Position numbers and translations under genes: made by a program
Source: Pseudomonadota bacterium
Lineage (GTDB): Bacteria > Pseudomonadota > Gammaproteobacteria > Pseudomonadales > Oleiphilaceae
DNA: 60,956 bases
Assembly: GCA_051745655.1 (NCBI GenBank)
Contig: JBNJEG010000001.1
Location: 1 to 60,956, forward strand
Direction of reading: 5' to 3'
Notes under the pieces: model-generated
What the model was told of the DNA's origin: nothing
The model's input: the letters and a program-made list of their open reading frames with translations, nothing else
Database searches by the model: none
Shown: positions 31,765-42,213 of the stretch, piece after piece
Position numbering within the stretch: position 1 is the first letter of the stretch
Layout: every line of letters begins with the position of its first letter

Positions 31765-32709
31765 GTGAAAACGGTGCATGTGGCCGTTGCGGCGGTTTGT
31801 CGCTACCTGGCTGGGCGAGAGCAGGTGCTGGTGGCCCGCCGTCATGCCCATCAGCATCAGGGCGGCCTGCTGGAATTCCCGGGCGGCAAGGTTGATAGTG
31901 GGGAATCCGCCACGGCCGCGCTGGCTCGCGAACTCCACGAGGAAGTGGGGCTCCGGGTGCTGGAGAGCGAGCTGAGCTTTGAACTGAGCCTTACCCACGA
32001 CTACGGCGACCGCCGTGTCCAGCTGGATCTCTATCGTGCCACGGGATTCTCCGGGGAGCCGCAGGGCCGGGAGGATCAGCCCCTGATGTGGCTGGATGTG
32101 GCTGCCCTGGATCCGGCCGATTTCCCGGCCGCCAACCGCCGCATGATCCAGGTGCTGGCGCTGCCGGCCCGTACGCTGGTTACCGGTGGCGGCGTGACGG
32201 CGGATGAACTCGCAGGCCGGCTTCAGGGCTGGGCGGGCAGCCAGTGCCTGCTGCGCTGCCCGGAACTCGGTGATGCGGTCTATCAGGGACTGGCTTCCGC
32301 CTGTGTACCCGTGGCCCGAAACGCGGGCTGTGCGCTGCTGCTTCACGGTGCACCGGAACGTCTCGCGGCAGTTCCCGATGCCGACGGCCTGCACCTGCCC
32401 TGGCGGGAGGCTCATGGTCTCATGGAGCGCCCTGTCAGCAGGGCGTATCGCCTTGGGGTGTCCTGCCATGACCGCGCCAGCCTGGAGCACGCACAGAGGC
32501 TGGGCGCGGACTATGCCTTTCTCTCGCCGGTCAGGCCCACGGCCAGCCACCCGGATCGCCCGCCACTGGGCTGGGACGGTTTCGAGGCGCTGGTGACGGA
32601 TCTGGATCTTCCGGTCTATGCACTGGGCGGGGTTGGTGGCGATGATGTGGCGCAGAGCCGCCGGCATGGCGGCTGTGGCATTGCCGGTATCGGCTTCTGG
32701 TGGCATTGA
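31765..32709 (+). CDS. mutT: MutT-like Nudix hydrolase fused to a thiamine-phosphate-synthase-like TIM barrel
   Basis: Nudix box [28 protein letters not shown]; C-terminal [24 protein letters not shown]; start reset to GTG 31765. Confidence 0.88.
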   Translation: MKTVHVAVAAVCRYLAGREQVLVARRHAHQHQGGLLEFPGGKVDSGESATAALARELHEEVGLRVLESELSFELSLTHDYGDRRVQLDLYRATGFSGEPQGREDQPLMWLDVAALDPADFPAANRRMIQVLALPARTLVTGGGVTADELAGRLQGWAGSQCLLRCPELGDAVYQGLASACVPVARNAGCALLLHGAPERLAAVPDADGLHLPWREAHGLMERPVSRAYRLGVSCHDRASLEHAQRLGADYAFLSPVRPTASHPDRPPLGWDGFEALVTDLDLPVYALGGVGGDDVAQSRRHGGCGIAGIGFWWH

Positions 32710-32716
32710 AGGAGGA

Positions 32717-33211
32717 ATGATGAGCGGTCTCAGTCATGTGGACGAAACCGGGGCGGCCAATATGGTCGACGTCGGTGACAAGGCGGTGACCCAGCGCGAG
32801 GCAAGGGCCTGTGGCACCATCCGGATGCAGCCGGAAACCCTGGACATGATCCTGGCGGGCGAACACCCCAAGGGGGATGTGCTGGCCACCGCCCGGATCG
32901 CCGGCATCATGGCCGCCAAGCGCACCCATGAGCTGATCCCGCTGTGCCATTCGCTGAACCTGAGCTCGGTCAAGGTCTGGCTGACCGCCCGGGAGAACCG
33001 AGATGGCATCGACATTGAAAGCCGGTGCCGCCTCAACGCCGCGACAGGCGTGGAAATGGAGGCACTCACGGCCGTATCGGTGGCGGCGCTCACGCTCTAT
33101 GACATGTGCAAGGCGGTGGACCGTGGCATGGTCATGGACGGTATCCGGCTCCTGGAAAAACAGGGCGGTCAGTCCGGCCACTGGCAGGCACCGGAGCAAG
33201 GCGGGGGCTGA
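32717..33211 (+). CDS. moaC: Cyclic pyranopterin monophosphate synthase MoaC
   Basis: [30 protein letters not shown]; GGAGG Shine-Dalgarno. Confidence 0.97.
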   Translation: MMSGLSHVDETGAANMVDVGDKAVTQREARACGTIRMQPETLDMILAGEHPKGDVLATARIAGIMAAKRTHELIPLCHSLNLSSVKVWLTARENRDGIDIESRCRLNAATGVEMEALTAVSVAALTLYDMCKAVDRGMVMDGIRLLEKQGGQSGHWQAPEQGGG

Positions 33212-33236
33212 CCCCGTTCAGCGGCGCTGCGCCTTC

Positions 33237-33245
33237 TGTTAAACT
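33237..33245 (+). promoter_or_regulatory. Extended -10 promoter candidate for ribA
   Basis: TG-T-TAAACT 31 bp before the GTG start. Confidence 0.4.
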
Positions 33246-33276
33246 GCCGCCTCTTTTCATCCTGTGAGGATCGCCC

Positions 33277-33900
33277 GTGGTCGTCCGATTCATCGAGAGC
33301 TGTCGCCTCCCCACGCCTTTCGGTGTGTTCGATATGCATGGGTTCGAGGAGATCGACACCGGCCAGGAGCATGTGGTGCTCAGTCTGGGCGAGGTCTCGG
33401 ACGGCAGGCCCGTGCTCGGGCGCACCCACTCCGAATGCCTCACCGGGGATGCCCTCTACAGCATGCGCTGTGACTGTGGCTACCAGCTTGAGGAAGCCCT
33501 GCGCAGCATCGCTATCGAGGGGCGTGGCGTGCTCCTCTACCTGCGCCAGGAAGGGCGGGGCATTGGTCTGCTCAACAAGATCCGGGCGTACCGGCTGCAG
33601 GATGAAGGCGCGGATACTGTGGAGGCGAACGAGCAGCTCGGCTTCGCTGCGGATCTGCGCGATTACAGCATGTGCCTGGACATGCTCGAGCACCTGGGCA
33701 TCAAACAGCTGCGGTTGATGACGAATAACCCGGTCAAGGTGGACGCACTCAGGGACCTGGGCGTGGACGTGGTCGAGCGGGTGCCGCTGCAAGTGGGGCG
33801 CAACCCCCACAATGAATCCTATCTGGACACCAAGCGTTCACGCATGGGGCATTTTTTCCACACCCACCAGGACGATGATCCACCGCCTTCCGGAGACTGA
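33277..33900 (+). CDS. ribA: GTP cyclohydrolase II
   Basis: [28 protein letters not shown]. Confidence 0.97.
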   Translation: MVVRFIESCRLPTPFGVFDMHGFEEIDTGQEHVVLSLGEVSDGRPVLGRTHSECLTGDALYSMRCDCGYQLEEALRSIAIEGRGVLLYLRQEGRGIGLLNKIRAYRLQDEGADTVEANEQLGFAADLRDYSMCLDMLEHLGIKQLRLMTNNPVKVDALRDLGVDVVERVPLQVGRNPHNESYLDTKRSRMGHFFHTHQDDDPPPSGD

Positions 33901-33904
33901 ACGC

Positions 33905-35830
33905 TCAGGTCTGGGCGACGGCAAGGCTGCTGTCGCTGCCCCGGGAAAGACGTTTGCTGATGGCGCTGTGGATGCTTTCCGCATCCAGCCCGGCGTCCGC
34001 CAGCTGCTCCGCGGGCTTGCCGTGGTCAATGAAGCGGTCGGGCAGGCCAAGCTGCAGAAGATCCACGCCAACGCCGGCGGCATGCAGGTGTTCCGACACG
34101 CCGCTGCCGGCACCACCGGCCACCACGTTTTCCTCGATCGTGACCAGCAGGTCGTGACTGGCCGCCAGCTTTTCCACCAGCGCCGTATCCAGTGGTTTCA
34201 CAAAGCGCATGTCCGCCACCGTGGCATCCAGTGACTCTGCCACCTCAAGGGCGGGAGTAACCATCGCCCCAAAGGCGAGTATGGCCACGCGGGACCCCTC
34301 ACGCCGCACAACACCACGCCCCATTGGGAGCGCTTCCATGTGCTCCTCCACGGCCGCACCCGGCCCGGTTCCACGGGGATAGCGCACGGCGGCCGGCCCT
34401 TCATGGCACCAGCCGGTGTAGAGCATCTGCCGGGTTTCGTTCTCGTCCGAGGGCGCCATGACCACCATGTTGGGCACGCAGCGCAGGTAGGTCAGGTCGA
34501 AGGCGCCGGCGTGGGTGGGACCGTCCTCGCCCACCTGACCGGCACGGTCCAGGGCGAAGAGCACGTCCAGGTTCTGCAGGGCGACGTCATGGATCAGCTG
34601 ATCATAGGCTCGCTGCAGGAAGGTGGAGTAGATGGCGACCACGGGCTTGGCGCCATCACAGGCCATGCCGGCCGCCAGGGTGACCGCGTGCTGTTCCGCA
34701 ATGGCCACATCAAAGTAGCGCTCCGGGAAGCGCTCGGAGAAGGCTACCAGGTCCGAGCCTTCGCGCATGGCGGGGGTGATGCCCATGACCCGGTTGTCCT
34801 GAGCGGCCATGTCACACAGCCACTGGCCGAAGATGTTCGAATATTTGGGTTTCTTGGGGGCATCCGCCGGCTGCACAGGCGGTGCCGGCTCGATCTTGTT
34901 GATGGCGTGGTAGCCCACTGGATCGGACTCCGCCGGGCCGAAGCCCTTGCCCTTGGTGGTGACCACGTGCAGGAACTGGGGGCCGTCCAGATGGCTGATG
35001 GTCTCAAGGGTTTCCAGCAGCAGGGGCAGGTCGTGGCCGTCGATGGGGCCGATGTAGTTGAAGCCCATCTCCTCGAACAGGGTGCCCGGGGCCAGCATTC
35101 CCTTGAAGTGCTCCTCGGTGCGGCGCACCAGGGCCTTGAGTCCGGGCGTGTTGGCCAGCGCGCGCTTGCTGCTGTCGCGCACCTGATTGTAGGTCCGGCT
35201 TGCCAGCAGCCGCCCGAAGTAGTTGGAGAGGCCGCCCACGTTGTGGGAGATGGACATCTCATTGTCGTTCAGCACCACCAGCAGGTTGGCGCGCACATCG
35301 GCGGCATGGGTCAGGGCCTCAAAGGCCATGCCCGCGGTCATGGCGCCATCGCCCATGACCGCGATGCCCTTGCGGTTGCGGCCCTGCTGGCGGGCGGCCA
35401 GCGCCATGCCCAGGGCAGCGCTGATCGAGGTGCTGGAATGGCCTACGCCGAAGTGGTCGTAGGGGCTTTCCTCCCGATTGGGGAAGGCGGCCAGGCCGTC
35501 TTTCTTGCGGATGGTACGCAGCTGTTCGCGGCGCCCTGTGAGGATCTTGTGGGGGTAGGCCTGATGGCCCACATCCCAGACGAGCCGGTCCTCGGGGGTT
35601 TCAAAGATGTAGTGCAGGGCCAGGGTCAGTTCCACCACGCCCAGCCCGGCTCCGAAGTGCCCGCCGGACTGGCCCACGGACCACAGCAGGAAGGCACGCA
35701 GTTCGCGCGCCAGCGGCACCAGTTGGTCACGGCTGAGCGTGCGCAGCTGCTCCGGCGTATTGATACGATCCAGCAGGGGCGTCTCCGGGCGCTGCGTGGG
35801 TATGCTGTTGAAAACGGTCTTGTCCTGCAT
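33905..35830 (-). CDS. dxs: 1-deoxy-D-xylulose-5-phosphate synthase
   Basis: [34 protein letters not shown]. Confidence 0.98.
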   Translation of the reverse strand: MQDKTVFNSIPTQRPETPLLDRINTPEQLRTLSRDQLVPLARELRAFLLWSVGQSGGHFGAGLGVVELTLALHYIFETPEDRLVWDVGHQAYPHKILTGRREQLRTIRKKDGLAAFPNREESPYDHFGVGHSSTSISAALGMALAARQQGRNRKGIAVMGDGAMTAGMAFEALTHAADVRANLLVVLNDNEMSISHNVGGLSNYFGRLLASRTYNQVRDSSKRALANTPGLKALVRRTEEHFKGMLAPGTLFEEMGFNYIGPIDGHDLPLLLETLETISHLDGPQFLHVVTTKGKGFGPAESDPVGYHAINKIEPAPPVQPADAPKKPKYSNIFGQWLCDMAAQDNRVMGITPAMREGSDLVAFSERFPERYFDVAIAEQHAVTLAAGMACDGAKPVVAIYSTFLQRAYDQLIHDVALQNLDVLFALDRAGQVGEDGPTHAGAFDLTYLRCVPNMVVMAPSDENETRQMLYTGWCHEGPAAVRYPRGTGPGAAVEEHMEALPMGRGVVRREGSRVAILAFGAMVTPALEVAESLDATVADMRFVKPLDTALVEKLAASHDLLVTIEENVVAGGAGSGVSEHLHAAGVGVDLLQLGLPDRFIDHGKPAEQLADAGLDAESIHSAISKRLSRGSDSSLAVAQT

Positions 35831-35871
35831 CCGGGCCTTGCTGCCTTGGCGGTTCCTGATGGTAGTCCCGC

Positions 35872-35877
35872 ATTATA
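35872..35877 (-). promoter_or_regulatory. Internal -10 box candidate for dxs
   Basis: Perfect TATAAT on the minus strand in the ispA-dxs spacer; -35 is weak. Confidence 0.45.
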
Positions 35878-35955
35878 GTGAAATCGGCGCGGAAGATCAG
35901 TCCCGCGTTTTCCGGCACCATAAGCCCCGTACTCCGGCAGTGACAACCACTGGTC

Positions 35956-36834
35956 TCAGTGATTGCGCTCGATGATGAAACCCGCCAGTTCCGCCAGCAG
36001 CGACGCATCGCCTGGAACGGCTGTCAGGTGGTCCAGGGCGTCCCGATGGAGATCGTCCAGCCGCTCGCGGGCGCCTTTCAGGCCGAGCAGAGCGGTGTAG
36101 GTTGCCTTGTCGGCGGCGGTGTCCGAGCCCTGGGGCTTTCCGGTTACGGCGGAATGGCCCTCCACGTCCAGGATGTCGTCCTGGACCTGGAAAGCGAGCC
36201 CGATGCTGCGACCGAAAGCGCGAAGGGAGGCGATCAGTTCTTCCCGGCCTCCCGCGGTAAGGGCACCCAGGACCAGGGACGCTTCGATCAGGGCGCCGGT
36301 TTTACAGCGGTGCAGCGTTTCCAGTGCCTCAATGGAGGGGTGGGCGCCGGTGGCTTCCAGGTCCAGAGCCTGACCGCCGGCCATGCCGCGGTGCCCCGCG
36401 GCAGCCGCCAGTTCCCTGAGCATGGCCACCACGGTTTCTGCCGGCAGGTCGACCCGGGCGAGTGTCTCGAACGCCAGTGTCTGCAGGGCATCCCCGACGA
36501 GGATGGCGGTGGCCTCATCAAACGCCACATGGCAGGTCGGCTGGCCACGGCGGAGCTCATCGTCATCCATGGCAGGCAGGTCGTCATGGACCAGCGAGTA
36601 GGCATGAATGAGCTCAACGGCCACGGCGGCGGGCATGGCCTGTTCATCATCCTGGCCGGTGCACTGACACGCGGCCAGCGCCAGGGCAGGGCGCAGGCGC
36701 TTGCCGCCGCCCAGGACTGCATGACGCATCGCCTGGTGAAGGCGGCGCGGGTGTGCATCCGCTGCCGGAAGGGTCCGCTCCAGAGCGACTTCCAGGCGTT
36801 CACGGGTCTGCTGGAGAAAGGCGTCCGCGTTCAT
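35956..36834 (-). CDS. ispA: Farnesyl diphosphate synthase
   Basis: GGKRLRP, HDDLPAMDDD..RRG, GQALD, KTG, FQVQDD. Confidence 0.97.
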   Translation of the reverse strand: MNADAFLQQTRERLEVALERTLPAADAHPRRLHQAMRHAVLGGGKRLRPALALAACQCTGQDDEQAMPAAVAVELIHAYSLVHDDLPAMDDDELRRGQPTCHVAFDEATAILVGDALQTLAFETLARVDLPAETVVAMLRELAAAAGHRGMAGGQALDLEATGAHPSIEALETLHRCKTGALIEASLVLGALTAGGREELIASLRAFGRSIGLAFQVQDDILDVEGHSAVTGKPQGSDTAADKATYTALLGLKGARERLDDLHRDALDHLTAVPGDASLLAELAGFIIERNH

Positions 36835-37100
36835 GCGTCGGAGCTGTCCTCCGGGTAGGGGCGGGTCTCAAGCTCGCCCTGGCTGTTCTCGATGACCTGC
36901 TCCACACGCTGCTCGGCGTCCCGCAGTGATTGCTGGCAGGAACGCGTGAGCTGCACCCCACGCTCAAAGGCCTTGAGTGATTCCTCCAAAGGCATGTCGC
37001 CCTGTTCGAGCTTGCGTACCAGAGTCTCCAGTTCCTGAATACTGGCCTCGAAGCTGGAGGCGTCGCTGGCCTGGCTGGTGCTGTTTTCGCTGTCACTCAT
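36831..37100 (-). CDS. xseB: Exodeoxyribonuclease VII small subunit
   Basis: SFEASIQELE..LE.G..PLEES..FERG..C..L..AEQRV; start reset to ATG 37100. Confidence 0.95.
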   Translation of the reverse strand: MSDSENSTSQASDASSFEASIQELETLVRKLEQGDMPLEESLKAFERGVQLTRSCQQSLRDAEQRVEQVIENSQGELETRPYPEDSSDA

Positions 37101-37147
37101 CGATCGGGCTCCCATTGCTTCCGGCGCCGCCATGGGCGGCTGGCGGA

Positions 37148-37204
37148 ATTGTATCATGCCATCGTCGGCCGTCATCTGCGGCGACGGTTATGGTCTGGTA
37201 CCAT
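37148..37204. promoter_or_regulatory. Divergent extended -10 promoter candidates (xseB leftward, tauE-lgt rightward)
   Basis: TG-A-TACAAT on the minus strand (37148-37156) and TG-G-TACCAT on the plus strand (37196-37204). Confidence 0.45.
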
Positions 37205-37229
37205 GCCCGGCTTCACTGGGCGCAATGGA

Positions 37230-38039
37230 ATGAGTTGGATGGGCATCCTTGAAGCGCTGGCTTTCTATCTGGGACTGGGCGCGGTGGCCGGGACACTGGC
37301 CGGTCTTTTCGGCATCGGTGGCGGGCTCATTATTGTGCCGGCGCTGGTGTTTGCGTTCGGCTGGCAGGGGATTAGTCCGAACATCACCGCTCACCTGGCC
37401 GTCGGGACCTCCCTGGCGACGGTGGTCTTCACCTCCCTGAGCTCCATCTGGACCCATCATGGCAAAGGGGCTGTCCGCTGGGACCTGTTCCGGCCCATGG
37501 TGGTGGGCATACTGCTCGGCGCAGCCCTGGGGGCGGTCACCGCTGGGCTGCTCAGCGGTGACATGCTCCAGCGGATCATCGGTGTCTTTGTGCTCCTGGT
37601 CGCCGTGAAGATGGTGACCGGCTGGTCGCCCCACAGCACGGACCGTCGGCCTCCCCGGGCGGAGCTGGGCGGTGTCGGGGGCGGGATTGGCTGGCTCTCC
37701 GCCATTGTGGGAATCGGCGGGGGTACCCTGACCGTTCCCTACCTCACCTGGATCGGCGTGCGCATGCAGCATGCAGTGGGCACATCCGCGGCCTGCGGTT
37801 TTCCCATTGCGATATCGGGAGCACTGACGAACATGGTTGTCGGCTGGGGGCGGGCCGGGCTTCCCGATTACAGCATTGGTTTTGTCTTCCTGCCGGCACT
37901 GGCGGGAATCGTCCTGATGAGCGTACCCTTTGCCCGTGTCGGGGCATTGCTGGCGCACCGGCTGGATGAGCGCTGGCTCAAGCGCCTGTTCGCGCTGTTG
38001 CTGGTGGTGATTGGTACGCGTTTCCTGATTTCTGGTTGA
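37230..38039 (+). CDS. TauE/SafE (TSUP) family membrane protein
   Basis: Duplicated GIGGG..VP and AVGTS motifs; multi-TM; start uncertain (37230 or 37239). Confidence 0.9.
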   Translation: MSWMGILEALAFYLGLGAVAGTLAGLFGIGGGLIIVPALVFAFGWQGISPNITAHLAVGTSLATVVFTSLSSIWTHHGKGAVRWDLFRPMVVGILLGAALGAVTAGLLSGDMLQRIIGVFVLLVAVKMVTGWSPHSTDRRPPRAELGGVGGGIGWLSAIVGIGGGTLTVPYLTWIGVRMQHAVGTSAACGFPIAISGALTNMVVGWGRAGLPDYSIGFVFLPALAGIVLMSVPFARVGALLAHRLDERWLKRLFALLLVVIGTRFLISG

Positions 38040-38046
38040 GGGCCTC

Positions 38047-38844
38047 ATGCTCGTACATCCGCAATTTGATCCCGTTGCTATCTCTTTAGGCCCCCTGTCC
38101 ATTCACTGGTATGGGCTGACCTATCTGGTCGCTTTTCTGGGCGGGTGGGCGCTGGCGCGGCTGCGCACCAGTCGCCCGGATTCGCCGGTCAACGCCGAAC
38201 AGTTGGGGGACCTGCTGTTCTATATGGCCCTGGGCGTCATTCTGGGTGGGCGTTTCGGGTATGTGCTGTTCTATCACTTCGAACGCTTCCTGGCCGAGCC
38301 GCTCTGGCTTGTCCAGATATGGGAGGGGGGTATGTCCTTCCATGGTGGTCTCATCGGTGTGCTGGCCGCCATGCTGATGTTCGCCCGCCGTATCGGCACC
38401 GGTTTCTTCAATATCGCGGATTTCATCGCGCCGGTGATTCCCGTGGGCCTTGGACTGGGGCGGCTGGGGAACTTCATTAATGGCGAGCTCTGGGGCCGTC
38501 CCACATCGGCGGAACTGCCTTGGGCCATGGTGTTCCCCCAGGCCGGGGATGCCCTGCCGCGCCATCCCTCGCAGCTGTATCAGTTCGCGCTCGAGGGCGT
38601 GCTGCTGTTCGTCGTGCTCTGGTGGTTCTCAGCCCGGCCAAGGCCGCGCATGGCGGTGTCCGGGCTCTTCCTGGCCGGGTACGGGGTCTTGCGTTCCGTG
38701 GCCGAGTTCTATCGCGAGCCCGATGCCCACCTCGGTTTTGTGCTGCTGGACTGGATGACCATGGGGCAGATCCTGTCCGTGCCCATGATCGTGGCCGGCG
38801 CCATACTGCTGTTTCTGGCCTATCGACAGGGGAGGCCCGCCTGA
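38047..38844 (+). CDS. lgt: Prolipoprotein diacylglyceryl transferase
   Basis: HWYG, GGMSFHGG, GRLGNFINGELWGR, RHPSQLY. Confidence 0.98.
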   Translation: MLVHPQFDPVAISLGPLSIHWYGLTYLVAFLGGWALARLRTSRPDSPVNAEQLGDLLFYMALGVILGGRFGYVLFYHFERFLAEPLWLVQIWEGGMSFHGGLIGVLAAMLMFARRIGTGFFNIADFIAPVIPVGLGLGRLGNFINGELWGRPTSAELPWAMVFPQAGDALPRHPSQLYQFALEGVLLFVVLWWFSARPRPRMAVSGLFLAGYGVLRSVAEFYREPDAHLGFVLLDWMTMGQILSVPMIVAGAILLFLAYRQGRPA

Positions 38845-39684
38845 ATGGAATCCTATCTGGCGCTGATGCGCGATGTGATTGATAACGGCGTTGACCGGGG
38901 CGACCGCACCGGCGTCGGTACCCGCTCGGTCTTCGGGCGCCAGCTGCGCTTTGACCTGGGGCAGGGCTTTCCGCTGCTGACCACCAAGAAGGTCCATGTG
39001 CGCAGCATCATCCATGAGCTCCTGTGGTTCCTGCGTGGCTCCACGGACAACCGCGAGCTGCAGGAGCACAGGGTCTCCATCTGGAACGAGTGGGCCACCC
39101 AGGAGGGTGACCTGGGGCCGATCTACGGCAAGCAGTGGCGCAGCTGGCAGTGTCCGGACGGCAGCACCGTGGACCAGATCAGCGAGGTGCTCGACGGCAT
39201 CCGCAACCGACCTGAGTCCCGGCGCCTGGTGGTCACCGCCTGGAATCCGGCGGAACTGCCGGATGAATCCATGGGCCCCCAGGAGAATGTGCACGCGGGC
39301 CGCATGGCGCTGGCGCCCTGTCACTGCCTGTTCCAGTTCTTCGTGGCGGACGGGCGGCTTTCCTGCCAGCTTTATCAGCGCAGCGCCGACCTGTTCCTGG
39401 GCGTTCCCTTCAATATCGCCTCCTACAGCCTGCTGACCTGCATGATGGCGCAGCAGGCGGGGCTGGAACCCGGGGATTTCGTGCATACCTTCGGGGATGT
39501 GCACCTGTACCGGAATCACCTGACGGACGACATTGTCTACGAGCAGCTGCGTCGCACCCCGGGCCCACTGCCAACGCTGGAGCTGCCGCGCTGCCCGCCC
39601 AGTCTGTTCGACTACGAGGAGGCGGATTTCCGCATTACCGGTTATGATCCGTATCCGGTGATCCGCGCCCCCATTGCCATCTGA
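38845..39684 (+). CDS. thyA: Thymidylate synthase
   Basis: [32 protein letters not shown]. Confidence 0.98.
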   Translation: MESYLALMRDVIDNGVDRGDRTGVGTRSVFGRQLRFDLGQGFPLLTTKKVHVRSIIHELLWFLRGSTDNRELQEHRVSIWNEWATQEGDLGPIYGKQWRSWQCPDGSTVDQISEVLDGIRNRPESRRLVVTAWNPAELPDESMGPQENVHAGRMALAPCHCLFQFFVADGRLSCQLYQRSADLFLGVPFNIASYSLLTCMMAQQAGLEPGDFVHTFGDVHLYRNHLTDDIVYEQLRRTPGPLPTLELPRCPPSLFDYEEADFRITGYDPYPVIRAPIAI

Positions 39685-39693
39685 GGTCTGTTC

Positions 39694-40206
39694 ATGCGCA
39701 TTGCCCTGATCGTGGCCATGGCCCGCAACCGGGTGATTGGCCGGAATAACCGATTGCCCTGGTACCTGCCCGAGGAGTTGCAGTACTTCAAACAGGCGAC
39801 CCTGGGTAAGTCCATCATCATGGGACGGCGTACCCACGAGTCCATAGGTCGACCACTGCCCGGGCGCAGCAATATCGTGGTTACACGCAATCCCGGTTGG
39901 ACCGCTGAAGGCGTCGCCGTTGTCCACTCCCTGGAAGAGGCTTTCGAACAGGCGGAACGGCAGGCACTGATCGATGGCGTGGAGGAGTGCGTGGTCATTG
40001 GCGGCGCCCAGCTCTACACCGAGGCACTGCCTCTGGCGGACCGGCTCTACCTCACGGAGGTCCATGCGGAAGTCGACGGGGATACCTTCTTCCCGGAAGT
40101 GGATCTCAGTCTCTGGGACGAGGTATCCCGTGTGGATCACGCCGGTGGTGAGGAAGCCAACCGTTACCCGTACAGCATTGTGGTTTATGACCGGGGAGAG
40201 GTCTGA
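39694..40206 (+). CDS. folA: Dihydrofolate reductase
   Basis: NRVIG..LPW.LPEE, MGRRT.ESIGRPLPGR, VIGG, GDTFFP. Confidence 0.97.
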   Translation: MRIALIVAMARNRVIGRNNRLPWYLPEELQYFKQATLGKSIIMGRRTHESIGRPLPGRSNIVVTRNPGWTAEGVAVVHSLEEAFEQAERQALIDGVEECVVIGGAQLYTEALPLADRLYLTEVHAEVDGDTFFPEVDLSLWDEVSRVDHAGGEEANRYPYSIVVYDRGEV

Positions 40207-40995
40207 ATGAGTGATTTCGACAACCTGATGCATGCCGCCCGGGAAGGGCGGGCTGAGCTTACCCCGGATTGGGGCCAGGGGCGGGCCACTTTCGGCGGCC
40301 TGCTGGCGGCCATGGCCCACGAGGCCATGCGGGGCCAGCTCGTGGACGAGCGGCCACTGCGCTCGCTGGCGGTTTCCTTTGTGGGTCCAGCGGCGCCGGA
40401 TCAGGCCGTTGATGTGAGCGCGGAGATCCTGCGCCAGGGCAAGGCGGTGACCCAGGTGGAGAGCCGCATCCATCAGGGGGGTGACACCGTGATGGTGGCG
40501 CTTGGCAGCTTCGGTTCCGGGCGCGACTCCGTGGTCTCTGTAGACCAGGAACCCGCCCCGGAGGCAGATGGCCCGGGTAGCGCGCGGCCGATGCCGGAGA
40601 TCCAGGGCGTCACGCCGGACTTCCTGCGCCATTACGACCTTCGCTTCTGCCTGGGCGGTTTCCCGTTCACCGGCTCCCAGGAGCGCACCATGGGCGGTTG
40701 GATGCGTTTTCGGGAGGCGCCTGATGCGATAACCCATTCGCATCTGGTGGCCCTGGTGGATACCTGGCCGCCGGCTGTGTTGCCGCATCTGAGCCAGCCG
40801 GCACCCGCCAGTACCCTGAGCTGGACGATGGAGCTGGTGCACCCGCTACCCGCCATCGGCCCGTCCGACTGGCTGCTGTACCGGGCAACCATCGACCAGG
40901 CTCGGGATGGCTATGGCCTGACGCGGGCAGGGATCTGGACCACCAGTGGCGAGCTGGTGGCCCGGAGCCAGCAGACGGTTACGGTTTTCGCCTGA
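40207..40995 (+). CDS. Acyl-CoA thioesterase family protein (TesB-like double hot-dog)
   Basis: WGQGRATFGG, LRQGK, DTWPP, ASTLSW. Confidence 0.85.
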   Translation: MSDFDNLMHAAREGRAELTPDWGQGRATFGGLLAAMAHEAMRGQLVDERPLRSLAVSFVGPAAPDQAVDVSAEILRQGKAVTQVESRIHQGGDTVMVALGSFGSGRDSVVSVDQEPAPEADGPGSARPMPEIQGVTPDFLRHYDLRFCLGGFPFTGSQERTMGGWMRFREAPDAITHSHLVALVDTWPPAVLPHLSQPAPASTLSWTMELVHPLPAIGPSDWLLYRATIDQARDGYGLTRAGIWTTSGELVARSQQTVTVFA

Positions 40996-40996
40996 T

Positions 40997-41881
40997 ATGA
41001 AGGACCAGCGCCAGGCCATGATCCTTGGCGTGACCACGGTCCTGCTGTGGTCCACAGCGGCGACGGCCTTCAAGGTATCCCTCGAGCATCTATCCCGTAC
41101 CGGGCTGATGTTCTGGGGCGTCACCTTTTCGATACTGGTGCTGGTCGCCTGGCAGGCGTGGCAGGGGCGTCTTGGAGAAACACTGCGGCCCGGGCGGCGA
41201 GGCCTGCTGCTGTCCCTCGGGTTCGGACTCATCAACCCGATCCTCTACTACATCCTGCTGTTCGGCGCCTATGACCTGCTGCCGGCGCAGGAGGCCATGG
41301 CCATCAATTACACCTGGGCGCTGACAATGGCCTATCTCGCAGTGCCGTTCCTCGGGCACCGGCTGACGCTGGTGGATGGGCTGGCCGGGCTGGTCTGTTA
41401 CAGCGGCGTTTTCATCATCGCGACCCGCGGGGACCCGCTGGCGTTTGAGCTCTCCAACGGAGCCGGTGTCGCGCTTGCCCTTCTGAGCACGCTGGTGTGG
41501 GCGTTCTACTGGATCTTCAACACCCGCGATACCCGGGAACCGGTGGCCGGACTGCTGCTGAACTTCCTGGTGGCGTGGCCGTTGATCCTGGTGCTGGCAG
41601 TCTGGGACGGCTGGCAGTGGCCCGCATGGCAGGGGCTGGCCGGGGCCGCCTGGGTGGGCGCGTTCGAGATGGGCATCGCCTTCGTACTCTGGCTCCTGGC
41701 GATGAAGAAGGCGACCAATACCTCCCGCCTGAGCAACCTGATCTTCCTGTCACCCCCTCTGTCGCTGGGGCTCATAGCCCTGGTCGTAGGGGAGTCCATT
41801 CGCGGCTCGACCGTGGTTGGGCTGGGGCTCGTGATCGCGGGCCTTTATCTCCAGCAGCGTTACCACTCGCGCGCTCAATAA
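40997..41881 (+). CDS. DMT/EamA family transporter
   Basis: About 10 TM segments; LLWST.ATAFK, PAQEAMAINYTW, FEMG, SNLIFLSP; start reset to ATG 40997. Confidence 0.88.
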   Translation: MKDQRQAMILGVTTVLLWSTAATAFKVSLEHLSRTGLMFWGVTFSILVLVAWQAWQGRLGETLRPGRRGLLLSLGFGLINPILYYILLFGAYDLLPAQEAMAINYTWALTMAYLAVPFLGHRLTLVDGLAGLVCYSGVFIIATRGDPLAFELSNGAGVALALLSTLVWAFYWIFNTRDTREPVAGLLLNFLVAWPLILVLAVWDGWQWPAWQGLAGAAWVGAFEMGIAFVLWLLAMKKATNTSRLSNLIFLSPPLSLGLIALVVGESIRGSTVVGLGLVIAGLYLQQRYHSRAQ

Positions 41882-42213
41882 CCCTCCACCGGTCGGCGGT
41901 TGGAGCGCGGGTCTTCCCAGTCGAGTTCCCGGGGGTCGTACCAGCCGAGTTCCTGTCGAACCCGTTGGCGGGATCGTTCGGACAGGGTATACCAGATCGC
42001 TTCAAAGCGTTCCGTTGCTTCGTTGCGCACAGGCCCGCTGCGGCTCTGGAGACGGTGAATGATGTCCGGTAGGCCGAGCGCTTCCCCGAGCTGGCCGGGC
42101 ACGATGCGCTCCTCACCCAGAACCTTGCGTTTGTGGGTGCGGCTGGCAAGTACGTGCTGCAGTGCCTGGGCGGCGCTCAGAGCACTTTCCTCGGAGAAGC
42201 GGTTGTCAGTCAC
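41875..42213 (-). CDS. Hypothetical protein (112 aa)
   Basis: Fills the gap between EamA and the methyltransferase; structured-looking aromatic C-terminus GWYDPRELDWEDPRSNRRP; candidate -10 TATAGT at 42248-42253 (-). Confidence 0.7.
   Translation of the reverse strand: MTDNRFSEESALSAAQALQHVLASRTHKRKVLGEERIVPGQLGEALGLPDIIHRLQSRSGPVRNEATERFEAIWYTLSERSRQRVRQELGWYDPRELDWEDPRSNRRPVEGY

Noticed and set aside
38629-40842. 737-aa minus-strand ORF, and similar long antisense ORFs over petB, murC, ftsA, ftsZ, secA, dxs and mpl
   Set aside because: Shadow frames produced by GC-rich codon bias opposite well-supported genes; no recognisable motifs. This one is long because the sense genes share a frame.
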